Positions 9,501 to 16,997 of a stretch of DNA of 24,000 bases are shown in pieces; position 1 is the first letter of the stretch; each line of letters opens with the position of its first letter. The translations under genes were made by a program, and so were the position numbers. Below the pieces are notes generated by a model that searched no databases, was not told the origin of the DNA, and saw only the letters and a program-made list of their open reading frames with translations. Source of the DNA: Phormidesmis sp. (lineage in GTDB: Bacteria; Cyanobacteriota; Cyanobacteriia; Phormidesmidales; Phormidesmidaceae); the NCBI GenBank assembly GCA_051860365.1, contig JBHYED010000005.1, positions 114,888 to 138,887 of the forward strand. The letters are read 5' to 3'.

Positions 9501-10192
9501 CTTTCGCAGATATTTAGGATAGCTGCCCGACTGTTCCAAACATCAGACAAATCAGGATTGAGGTGTAATGCTTGATCGTAGTTGGAGATCGCCTCTTCAT
9601 ATTTCTTGAGTTCGGCTAATGCGCTGCCTCGATCAATCCAAGCTTCGATATAGTCTGGTTTATACTTCACAACTTGCTCGCATCTATTAATTAGATCTTC
9701 ATAGCGATTTAATTCTTTCAAAGCCGAACTCCGAAGCTGCCACCAAACAGCAGGAAAATCTTGCTGATGGTCTAACGCTTTGTCGAAGCTGACAACTGCC
9801 TCTGAATACTCTCTTAATCCTATGAGCACTACACCTCTACGGTGCCAGGCTAGAGCTTTCTCTGGCTGATATCTCAGAGCATTGTCGTAGCAAATGATTG
9901 CATTCTCAAGTTCCCTCGCAAGAAACTGCTGATATCCCTGTTTCTGCCAATAATCCGCCTCCAATTTCAGGTTGCCACCAAGCGCGATCGCCTGCTCGAG
10001 GGCTACCTCCGCTTCCCTATATCGCTGCAACTGCTTTAGCGCTTCTATCTTTCCTTCCCAAGATTCAAGTAGCTCAGGATTCAGGCTCAAGGCACACTCA
10101 AAAGACTCCAGTGCCGTTTCGTAGACGCTTGAATAAATCTGCCGTTCGGCGAGGGATTGCCATTCTACTGCCTGCATTGGAAAAATCCACAC
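6569..10192 (-). CDS. TPR-repeat / CHAT-domain (caspase-fold) protease, 1207 aa
   Basis: The N-terminal ~610 aa hold 17-18 consecutive 34-aa TPR units (pattern xxAWxNRGxAL..LxRYEEAL..YD.AL.yKPDy). The C-terminal ~300 aa is a CHAT domain with an intact dyad: HFNGH (His codon 7100-7102) and LASCETA (Cys codon 6974-6976). GTG start at 10192, alternative ATG at 10177. Confidence 0.9.
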   Translation of the reverse strand: MWIFPMQAVEWQSLAERQIYSSVYETALESFECALSLNPELLESWEGKIEALKQLQRYREAEVALEQAIALGGNLKLEADYWQKQGYQQFLARELENAIICYDNALRYQPEKALAWHRRGVVLIGLREYSEAVVSFDKALDHQQDFPAVWWQLRSSALKELNRYEDLINRCEQVVKYKPDYIEAWIDRGSALAELKKYEEAISNYDQALHLNPDLSDVWNSRAAILNICERYWEAIESAERSIALQPEVWKGWFIKGLALRHAGHCEDAIASYDRALALNPVNHNAWLDRGFAFNNLERYEEALISYDKAIEYKPDYAQAWNNRGAVLEKLGRCEEALVSYGKAVEHKPDYVQVWRNRGFVLVRLERYEEAIADFEQVLVYEANDADAWNNKGFALSKLGHHEEALSNYDQALQHKPDYTQAWKNRGFTLCRLDQHQESITSFDQALRYQPDAPEIWGDYGAALGQLGRYEESLVSLDRALQYKPSDAMAWNNRGCALLSLERDEEALVDCERALQYKPDLALAWTNRGAVLGALGRYEEAVIDYDQSLRYKSDYVEAWHGRALALTNLGQDEEAINSCDKALHYKPDFADAWIGRGISAVNASLSSSLRSSQKTLVIHSLPPQMQNSQLDLRGYEGQIACIQEGFKYAQADSENCGKLHQGLGEAHRHWGNRQENPRPYWRKATASYEAALKIFTAEAFPQARLELLTLLLRTYGALQINNEVVAALLRQGTALLRRILAEATSDPQKKRLGLQFANFGQITVDLLLQKGEIVKALETAEADKNWLMTWLLRWQDPDDIPTATYDAMRQLLRPHSAIVYWHLSADALTTFILRWDKAQPTTLSRATDDDIKSNIQQVRKLETWLKNWNQTYQFHIDKSKGSLPSNKSDWFKALPDQLHRLAEILQVDAIKAQLLPDIAHLTLVPHRDLHRLPLPYFFSDYQTTTLPSLQLGQTLRPAITQLDTSSSALTITAPNHADLGPLYHAEAETHLINQILAKSYSVETVTAGKANHSTVSQALANPHLIFHFNGHAAYNFTNPKDSALALTGSDNLTVQDLSQISLEAYSLVTLASCETALSGNQTITAEYVGIASAFLGQDIPHVLSTFWTVESAASMVFMVEFYTHLHLGPADAYHHSRRTLRDLTVAQLKTRYDYWLTLDLSVNVREFLEDERNDLDTIDSDQRRYRHPYYWAAFTLMGLGGPTNALS
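8348..10174 (-). repeat. Diverged tandem 102-nt (34-codon) TPR coding repeats inside the CHAT gene
   Basis: The 34-residue periodicity is clear in the protein. The DNA copies are too diverged to be exact repeats. Confidence 0.7.
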
Positions 10193-10294
10193 TAAAGTCG
10201 TTCTGCTAAAAACTGTAGCGCCTTGCCCACAAGCTTAGATGTCAAGTCAGTTTTTCTTAGCACTAATAACATCAAATCAGAAGCTTCAGTGCAC

Positions 10295-10323
10295 AAAAAA
10301 GCACCCTCTAGAAAAGAGAGTGC
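10295..10323 (-). terminator. Intrinsic terminator downstream of far-red psbA
   Basis: The minus-strand RNA reads GCACUCUCU-UUUCU-AGAGGGUGC (9 bp, one G-U) followed by UUUUUUGUGC. It lies 63 nt after the psbA stop and upstream of the CHAT gene start. Confidence 0.55.
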
Positions 10324-10385
10324 TGGGAGAGGAATCCTGAGGAAATCAAATAAATTCCCTCACCGCGTGGACTAGAAAAGTTGGA

Positions 10386-11465
10386 CTAAGCCTGAATATC
10401 GGGTGCCTGCATGGCCACAGGTGTAGACTCACCGCTGGCCAAATCTAACGGGAAGTTATGGGCGTTGCGTTCGTGCATGACTTCAAACCCCAGACTGGCC
10501 CGGTTCACAACATCAGCCCAGCTCGGCAGCACTCGCCCTTGAGCATCTAGTACGGAGTGGTTGAAGTTGAAGCCGTTGAGGTTGAAGGCCATGGTGCTAA
10601 TGCCGAGTGCAACAATCCAGATGCAGACAACAGGCCAAGCCGCTAGGAAGAAGTGGAGCGACCTGGAATTATTAAAGCTGGCGTACTGAAAAATAAGCCT
10701 GCCAAAGTAACCGTGCGCTGCCAAAATGTTGTAAGTTTCTTCTTCTTGACCAAACTTGTAGCCGTTGTTTTGTGATTCTACTTCAGAGGTTTCGCGAATG
10801 AGGCTAGAGGTGACGAGTGAACCGTGCATGGCGCTAAACAACGCGCCGCCAAAGACACCAGCTACACCAATCATATGAAACGGGTGCATCAGGATATTAT
10901 GCTCTGCCTGGAAGACGAACATAAAGTTAAACGTGCCGCTGATGCCCATGGGCAGGCCATCAGAAAAACTGCCCTGGCCGATAGGATAGATGAGGAAAAC
11001 AGAGATAGTAGCCGCTACGGGCGCCGAGTAGGCGATACAGATCCAAGGGCGCATGCCTAGTCGGTAGCTCAGTTCCCACTCGCGGCCCAAGTAGCACAGC
11101 AGCGCTGGAATGTAGTGAAAGCCAATCATCTGATAGGGGCCACCGTTGTAGAGCCATTCATCTAAGCTGGCCGCGCCCCAAATGGGGTAAAAGTGCAGGC
11201 CGATGGCGTTAGAGCTAGGCACTACGGCAGCAGTGATGATGTTGTTGCCGTATAGCAAAGAGCCTGAAACGGGTTCGCGAATGCCGTCAATATCGACGGG
11301 TGGAGCCCCGATGAAGGCGATCACAAACACGGTGGTGGCGACGCCGAGCAGAGGAATCATCAAGACCCCAAACCAACCGATATACAGCCTGTTTTCAATA
11401 CTGGTAACCCAGCGACAAAATCTTTCCCAAAGAGAGAGATTTGGGCTTTGAATAGCAATAGTCAT
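10386..11465 (-). CDS. psbA: Photosystem II D1 protein, far-red paralog (PsbA3-type, water-oxidation competent)
   Basis: [22 protein letters not shown]... is the canonical D1 N-terminus. It retains Tyr161 (LIYPIGQG), Asp170 (FSDGLPMG), Glu189/His190 (QAEHNIL), His198, His215, His272 and the C-terminal ligand block [16 protein letters not shown], followed by a 16-aa extension (CtpA-type cleavage site). The ORF track start at 11507 adds 14 non-homologous residues, so ATG 11465 is preferred. Confidence 0.93.
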   Translation of the reverse strand: MTIAIQSPNLSLWERFCRWVTSIENRLYIGWFGVLMIPLLGVATTVFVIAFIGAPPVDIDGIREPVSGSLLYGNNIITAAVVPSSNAIGLHFYPIWGAASLDEWLYNGGPYQMIGFHYIPALLCYLGREWELSYRLGMRPWICIAYSAPVAATISVFLIYPIGQGSFSDGLPMGISGTFNFMFVFQAEHNILMHPFHMIGVAGVFGGALFSAMHGSLVTSSLIRETSEVESQNNGYKFGQEEETYNILAAHGYFGRLIFQYASFNNSRSLHFFLAAWPVVCIWIVALGISTMAFNLNGFNFNHSVLDAQGRVLPSWADVVNRASLGFEVMHERNAHNFPLDLASGESTPVAMQAPDIQA

Positions 11466-11547
11466 GGTTTTGTTTTGTGATGAAAAGGATTGTATGAACA
11501 TCCTCATTAGAACAAAACAAAGTGAAAATCTGATGAAGAAAAAAAGA

Positions 11548-11934
11548 CTATAGTAGCGCGGCAGCGATTTGATCGGAGATGGTTAGCGGGTCGTAAGGCT
11601 TTGTGATTACGGCTGCAACGTTAAGCTGGGCAAACGTCTTTTTTTCGCTAGCCTGCGCTTTTGCCGTCAAAATAATAATCGGAATATTGCGCGTTTCAGG
11701 GTTTTCTCTGAGCTTTGTCAGTATCGTAATACCGTCCATTCCAGGGAGCATCATGTCGAGCAAAATGGTGTCAGGCTGTTCTATTTGTGCGATCGCAATG
11801 CCATCTACTCCATTACCCGCCTTTAGCACCTCCCATTCACCCATAATCTCTAAGCAGAGCTGTGTGGCCTCTCGAATATCAGCATCATCATCTACAATAA
11901 GAATCCGCTTAGTTGCCATAACTGTCCGTCCCAT
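11548..11934 (-). CDS. rfpC: Single-domain CheY-like response regulator RfpC
   Basis: [14 protein letters not shown]...[12 protein letters not shown]...IIILTAK...KP is a complete receiver domain and nothing else. Its position immediately after the phytochrome kinase matches the rfpBAC arrangement. The alternative ATG at 11919 (MATKRILIV) is plausible. Confidence 0.85.
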   Translation of the reverse strand: MGRTVMATKRILIVDDDADIREATQLCLEIMGEWEVLKAGNGVDGIAIAQIEQPDTILLDMMLPGMDGITILTKLRENPETRNIPIIILTAKAQASEKKTFAQLNVAAVITKPYDPLTISDQIAAALL

Positions 11935-11988
11935 AGATCTTTTAACCCTTCATATATAGCGCTAATACAACAGGATGCAACCAGTCAG

Positions 11989-14556
11989 CTAGTCGAAATC
12001 GTCGGGAATTTTCTTTATAATAGGCAGGGTGAGGAAAAAAGTACTGCCCGTACCGACTTCACTCCCGGCCCATATTTCTCCCTGATGCTGTTGAATAATG
12101 CTGCGGCAGATAGCCAGCCCTAGCCCTGTCCCGCCCTGATGGCTAGCATCTGAGGTGTTAAGCTGCTCAAACTGATTAAAAACAGCTTCTAGCTTGTTTT
12201 TAGGAATACCTTTTCCCTGATCAATGACCTGTATCAGCAGTAAAGAATCTGCTATTTCTAATCCTGCTGCGATCGCGAGCTGGCCTTGCTTATTTAGACC
12301 CGATGTTTGCTGAAAGCCGTCGCCTAATTTTATCTGCTGAGCAGTGACTCGAACCGTTGAGCCCTCGGGGGAGAACTTAATAGCGTTACTCAATAAGTTA
12401 GTCAGCGTTTGAATAATTCGATCAGAATCAGCCCATAGCTGCATAGAAATCGGAGAGGTCGCAAGGTGAATATGATGATTTTCTGCCATGGCGCGCATTT
12501 CATCGGCAGATTGGGCCATAATCTCAGAGAGGTCACAGATGCTTTTATTCAGCTTAATTCTACCTAACTTGATTTGTTCAACATCTAGAATATCGTTGAC
12601 CAGTCGAACCAATCGATTCGTATTGGAAGAGGCAATTTCAACCATCCGCTGACGCTTATCTGTTGGAATTTCGAGTTCTTTTTTGGAGAGTAGACCTAGG
12701 GCGGCGCGAATTGAGGTCAGCGGTGTTCTCAGCTCGTGACTAACCACGGCGATAAATTCGTCTCTCATCGACTCAACGGCCTGCCGCTCGGTAATATCTT
12801 GAAAAATAACCACTGCACCAATAATGTTCCCTTTTTCTTGAATAGAGGTGCTAACATATTCTACTGGAAAGCGCAGGCCATCTTGCCGGGTAAACAGATC
12901 GCCTGCTACGTGATGCGTTCTGCCGTGCTTGAGCGTATTAAAAATCGGACTTTTTTCCCACGTATAGGGCTTACCTTTAGGCGTAGCGTGGCGCAGAAAA
13001 TCATGCGTAAACTGCCCTACTATCGTTTGACGCCTACTCCCTAGCATTTTTGCCGCAGCAGGGTTAACAAACACAATTTTTCCCTTGGGATCAATGCCGT
13101 ATATGCCTTCTCCTGCGGCGTTAAGAATCAGCTCATTTTGATGGCTAATACGCTTTAAAGAGTCTCTCGCTTCTTGTAGGGCCTGCAGGGTCTTTTCTCG
13201 CTCAGTAATTTCTCTTTTGAGATCTCTGTTGGCTGCTTGAAGCTGTAGAGTACGCTGTTTTACGCGTGACTCCAAATCAGCATTCAGCGCCTGAACCTTC
13301 TGATAAAGCTGATCTTGATATATCGCCGAGGCAAACTGATCGGCCAAGTCTTGGGCAAGTCCAATTTCTTGTGATGTCCATGGATTAGCCTGTTCTTTTT
13401 TGATTTCTTTCCACACTGAGAACGACTTGCGAGGAAGCCTTTGTCTCGGATCAACACTGTCTAACCGACCGGCCCAAACGGTCTCTATATCGGTCGCGTG
13501 GCGCAGCAGGCTCAGGTAGCCTAAGAAATGATTTTGATGAACCAGTTTGACCACTAAAATACTTCGGATCTGACTGCTTTCTAATGCTGCCACCATACCT
13601 GAAGGTATTTTTGAGCGCCGAATATCAGGAATAGCCCACAGGTTTGCTACAATCTGATGAGCCGCTTCAGCTTCCAGCCACTTTGGCCAGTCAAAGAAGT
13701 GTTCTAGGATAGCTGATTTGCGCTCAGGAAATTGATCGGCTGAGCAATGCTGAGGCAATGAGCTGTGCGGCAGCAAAGGCTGTTTTCCGACAGTTACTAC
13801 TTTTGTCGGCAGATAGATGCGACCCCCAGCACATTGAAGTGCTGCAACCATTTGACCTAAGGCCCGTTTTACCGGATGCTGAGCCGTCGCGTGCAGGTGG
13901 GATACGATTTGATTGATGGTCGATTCGTGCTGTCCTTGCTGGCGGGTAATACTCAGCAAATTGGCATGGGCGATCGCCACAGAAACCTGGTCGGCAATGA
14001 GCTGCACAATCTCCAGGGTTCTGTTGCCAAATCGCTTCGGCACGCTATGGTGTGCGACCAAAAGTCCCCAGAGCTGATAGTGATGAAGAATCGGCACCAC
14101 CAAAGAAGCCTGCACGCCCATCTCTTTTAAATATTCAACGTGACAAGGATCGACCATTCGAAACGCCACCTGTGCAAACAGCTCTTCTTGGGCCTCTTTC
14201 TCTAAAACGGGGCTAATGCCAATCTCTCCTTTGTCAACGTTAACGATGCTGCGCTGTCGGGCCGTCAAAAACAGATTACGGGCCTCTGTTGGAATATCTC
14301 CGGCAGGAAACCGCTGCCCCAATAGAGAGGGAAGCTGCTGATTTCGAATAGACTCAGCGACCACCTCACCGCTACCATCGTCTTGAAACTGATACACTTT
14401 TACCCGGTCAGTTTTCAGAAACCGGCGCATTTCATCTGCTGTGGCCTCTAAAATTTCGGATAGCTCCAGCGATTTACGAATGCGATCGGTCATTCGATGC
14501 AGTAAATCTTCTAGGCTTTTAATGGGAAGAGGGGTATTCATAAGACCGATAGACAT
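11989..14556 (-). CDS. rfpA: Knotless phytochrome histidine kinase RfpA (GAF-PHY-like-PAS-HisKA-HATPase)
   Basis: The N-terminal GAF carries the phytochrome bilin-lyase motif RMVDPCHVEYLKEMGVQASLVVPI (Cys138 codon 14143-14145). There is no PAS/knot N-terminal extension. It continues with a second GAF/PHY-like region, a coiled coil, a PAS domain (GEGIYGIDPKGKIVFVNPAA), the H-box VVSHELRTPLTSI, the N-box LLSNAIKFSP, G1 DQGKGIP and G2 GGTGLGLAICRSI. Confidence 0.9.
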   Translation of the reverse strand: MSIGLMNTPLPIKSLEDLLHRMTDRIRKSLELSEILEATADEMRRFLKTDRVKVYQFQDDGSGEVVAESIRNQQLPSLLGQRFPAGDIPTEARNLFLTARQRSIVNVDKGEIGISPVLEKEAQEELFAQVAFRMVDPCHVEYLKEMGVQASLVVPILHHYQLWGLLVAHHSVPKRFGNRTLEIVQLIADQVSVAIAHANLLSITRQQGQHESTINQIVSHLHATAQHPVKRALGQMVAALQCAGGRIYLPTKVVTVGKQPLLPHSSLPQHCSADQFPERKSAILEHFFDWPKWLEAEAAHQIVANLWAIPDIRRSKIPSGMVAALESSQIRSILVVKLVHQNHFLGYLSLLRHATDIETVWAGRLDSVDPRQRLPRKSFSVWKEIKKEQANPWTSQEIGLAQDLADQFASAIYQDQLYQKVQALNADLESRVKQRTLQLQAANRDLKREITEREKTLQALQEARDSLKRISHQNELILNAAGEGIYGIDPKGKIVFVNPAAAKMLGSRRQTIVGQFTHDFLRHATPKGKPYTWEKSPIFNTLKHGRTHHVAGDLFTRQDGLRFPVEYVSTSIQEKGNIIGAVVIFQDITERQAVESMRDEFIAVVSHELRTPLTSIRAALGLLSKKELEIPTDKRQRMVEIASSNTNRLVRLVNDILDVEQIKLGRIKLNKSICDLSEIMAQSADEMRAMAENHHIHLATSPISMQLWADSDRIIQTLTNLLSNAIKFSPEGSTVRVTAQQIKLGDGFQQTSGLNKQGQLAIAAGLEIADSLLLIQVIDQGKGIPKNKLEAVFNQFEQLNTSDASHQGGTGLGLAICRSIIQQHQGEIWAGSEVGTGSTFFLTLPIIKKIPDDFD

Positions 14557-16499
14557 TACGGCGTGCTGTGGGCGATCGCAGCAATAGCCTGCTGGAGATG
14601 CGATCGCCTAATGTGATCTCGCAGGTGACTCTGTAGTTCTGAGTGGGGCAACGATTTTTCAACAAAGTCATTGGCACCGACTCTAAAAGCAGATTGTTGT
14701 AGATGCCTGTCGCTGTAGGCCGTGAAGAACACAATGGGCAAATGGTTCCAGGCGGGCGACTGTCTTACCGCCTGACACAGCTCAATCCCACTAAACTCAG
14801 GCATCAAAATATCTAACAGCAGCAGATCAGGCGCGGTTGTTTGCAGCGTGTCCCAAAAGTTGAGCGGGTCGTTTAAGGTCACGACCTCAAATCCCTGGCC
14901 TTCCATCCGAAGCTGCAGTGCACTTAGCGCCTGCGCATCATCATCAACAATCAGAATTTTGTGGGCGTGCTTTTGAACGTGCGATCGCAACAGGACAATG
15001 CCCTCGACCACTGCTGCCACCTTAGGCGTATAGAGAAAAGGATAGTCACCGAGCTGAGCGGCTTTAATTCGATTGGCCAGCGATCCATCTGAGCTGCATA
15101 TCATCAGCATCAGGTCGGGTATTGGGCGAGTGAGCGCCGATAGCATTTTGATCTGATCGCTGCTAGCTTCTGACAGCGAAAAATCAAGCAGCACGACATC
15201 AGGAAACGTTCTTTTTGCAGAAGAAGTATCTGCAGGCGGCTGGCTTTGAACGCATTGCAAAATATTGGCGAGTCTTTGCAGCGCCTTAATGTCGGGCGAT
15301 ATTTTGACAGCAAGCCCCTTTTCCCAAAGCGCTTTAACGAGCACAGAAGTCAGATCAAGCTGAGGATCGATCAGCACAACAAGCGGTAGCTCGCATTCTT
15401 TTCTAACCGGTTCTGAGTCCTGAATGGCGTGGTTAATATCACGATCGAGTGATTCGATCAGCGGGATGAGGCGATCGCACATCTCAGCAGAAACCACGGC
15501 CTTGCCTGCCAGCAGCTCCTGAACCTCTCTGGCCGTATGGGATCCAGATCTCATCCCAAAAACACCGAGCGCTCCTGTCAAACCGTGGGCCGCTCGATAT
15601 CCAGCTTGTCTTAGCGCGTCATCGGTCTGCCCCGATTGAAACCTTTGCAACATCTCTTTCAACAAATCTAATCGCTCAATCTGTTGAAATTGAACTGACG
15701 TCCAAAGTGTTGCCAGCATCGCCTTGGTTTTCTGTTGACGCGCTTGCTTCTCAACCTGTTCTACGTCCTGTGTAGCCGCAGCTTCCGTTTCCTCATCACG
15801 AGCATTATTAGAAGACTCAGACGACGTGAGCGGATTGAGCCGGTAGCCCACGCCATAAATTGTTTCGATAAAATCAGCCGAAGCACCTGCTTGAGAAAGC
15901 TTTCGTCTGAGCCCTTTAATGTGAGAGGTAACGGTTTCTTCTCCAGGCGCTTCGCTATAGCTCCACAAACTGTCTAAAATTGCCCTGCGGCTGAATACCT
16001 GCGACGAATTTCTTAAAAAAAGCTCCAGCAGCGCATACTCTTTTGGCGTTAAGTTTAGCGAAGTCTGACGATAGGTGACTTCTCTACTGTTTGTTTCCAA
16101 ACGTAAGTCTCCCCAGTCAAGGCTAAGCAGCACAGAGGTTTTGGCGCGTCTTAACAGAGCCCGAACCCGAGCCAGTAGTTCTTCTACTTCAAATGGTTTT
16201 GTGATGTAATCGTCTGCGCCCGCGTTGAGCCCAGCAATTTTTTTGTCGCTGCTATCTAACGCCGTCACCAGTAGCACCGGCATCCCATACGAAAACTCGC
16301 GCAGCCGTTTACAAAACGTCAGCCCATCTAACTTAGGCAGCACAATATCCAGAATCACCAAATCATAGTGAGAGGCGCTCACCATTTGCCAGCCAGAATC
16401 ACCATCGCTAGCAACGTCAATGGCGTAATGCTCATTTGACAATACTTTGTGAAGAGCTTCAGCAATGGCTGCGTCATCTTCTACAAGTAAAATCCTCAT
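14556..16499 (-). CDS. rfpB: Multi-domain DNA-binding response regulator RfpB (REC - OmpR-type winged helix - HPt-like - degenerate REC - REC)
   Basis: REC1 is MRILLVEDD...LVILD51IVLP...TALD...KPF. The winged helix is LTPKEYALLELFL...VTSHIKGLRRKL...IYGVGYRL. The C-terminal REC is KILIVDDD...LLLLD563ILMP...FFTAY...K. Its stop TAA overlaps the rfpA ATG (TAATG, 14554-14558). Confidence 0.88.
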   Translation of the reverse strand: MRILLVEDDAAIAEALHKVLSNEHYAIDVASDGDSGWQMVSASHYDLVILDIVLPKLDGLTFCKRLREFSYGMPVLLVTALDSSDKKIAGLNAGADDYITKPFEVEELLARVRALLRRAKTSVLLSLDWGDLRLETNSREVTYRQTSLNLTPKEYALLELFLRNSSQVFSRRAILDSLWSYSEAPGEETVTSHIKGLRRKLSQAGASADFIETIYGVGYRLNPLTSSESSNNARDEETEAAATQDVEQVEKQARQQKTKAMLATLWTSVQFQQIERLDLLKEMLQRFQSGQTDDALRQAGYRAAHGLTGALGVFGMRSGSHTAREVQELLAGKAVVSAEMCDRLIPLIESLDRDINHAIQDSEPVRKECELPLVVLIDPQLDLTSVLVKALWEKGLAVKISPDIKALQRLANILQCVQSQPPADTSSAKRTFPDVVLLDFSLSEASSDQIKMLSALTRPIPDLMLMICSSDGSLANRIKAAQLGDYPFLYTPKVAAVVEGIVLLRSHVQKHAHKILIVDDDAQALSALQLRMEGQGFEVVTLNDPLNFWDTLQTTAPDLLLLDILMPEFSGIELCQAVRQSPAWNHLPIVFFTAYSDRHLQQSAFRVGANDFVEKSLPHSELQSHLRDHIRRSHLQQAIAAIAHSTP

Positions 16500-16747
16500 T
16501 TTGGGTGACCTGAGTAAAAGGTGAGCTAATTTCAGCTTTTATAGCGATACTAAAAGCAGCGCATCAAAGGAAACTTTTTAGAGTGCTACCAATGCACTTC
16601 TTAATGAAAAGAAACTCAGCAAGTAGAGATTTCTTTCTTAAAATAATTTTAGCAATCTTATTTAAACTCTCATCAAAGTATATAAAAATTTAAGTCGATC
16701 AATACCTGCTATCACCAGTTTTATCAGCGCTTTCTTACAATCAAGTA

Positions 16748-16785
16748 AGCGTTTAGAGATACATGGTTTTATATCTCTAAACGCT
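16748..16785. repeat. Perfect 14-bp inverted repeat (AGCGTTTAGAGATA / TATCTCTAAACGCT) with a 10-nt loop, in the psaJ-rfpB spacer
   Basis: Arms at 16748-16761 and 16772-16785 are exact reverse complements. The repeat lies 58 nt downstream of the psaJ stop and ~250 nt upstream of the rfpB start. Neither strand has an adjacent U-tract. Confidence 0.6.
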
Positions 16786-16842
16786 GTGTTAGATATGCAA
16801 TTTTTAGCGGTGCGGTGTCAACTTTAATCGTAGGCGGCTCAC

Positions 16843-16983
16843 CTAGGGAACGCTGTGAAAGTAGGTGCCATACTGCAGGCCAGGAAAGAGATGATTTAGC
16901 TCAATCATGACGACAGAAAGAGACACCAAAGCAGCCGTCGCCATAATGGGCGCGCTGGTTAAGTATTTCATCAAATATTTCAT
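16843..16983 (-). CDS. psaJ: Photosystem I subunit IX (PsaJ), far-red paralog; absent from the supplied ORF track (<60 aa)
   Basis: Hand translation gives MKYLMKYLTSAPIMATAALVSLSVVMIELNHLFPGLQYGTYFHSVP*. The LTSAPIMA...IELNHLFPG pattern resembles PsaJ (..YLSTAPVLA...IEFNRFYPD..). A GGAGA SD lies between the psaF stop and this ATG. The canonical psaF-psaJ order is kept. The internal ATG at 16971 is an alternative start. Confidence 0.8.
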   Translation of the reverse strand: MKYLMKYLTSAPIMATAALVSLSVVMIELNHLFPGLQYGTYFHSVP

Positions 16984-16997
16984 AAGAATCTCCAAAT

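Noticed and set aside
8348-10174. Regular ~102-nt periodicity that could suggest a non-coding tandem repeat or array
   Set aside because: The period is exactly 34 codons within one long open frame and translates to canonical TPR helices. The copies are diverged at the DNA level, with no spacer/repeat structure, so it is not CRISPR or satellite DNA.
5316-10385. The CHAT operon as a mobile element or recent genomic island insertion
   Set aside because: No transposase, integrase, tRNA target or flanking direct or inverted repeats are visible at 5316-5379 or 10193-10385. HIP1 sites inside the unit suggest long residence. Only the truncated kinase next door hints at an old rearrangement.
10386-11507. 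The rfp-adjacent psbA as the chlorophyll f synthase, on the basis of its position next to the regulators
   Set aside because: It retains D170, E189, H332, E333, H337, D342 and A344 equivalents, plus a cleavable C-terminal extension, and it lacks the QD dipeptide. It is a functional far-red D1. The Mn-less paralog at 23183-24000 fits ChlF instead.
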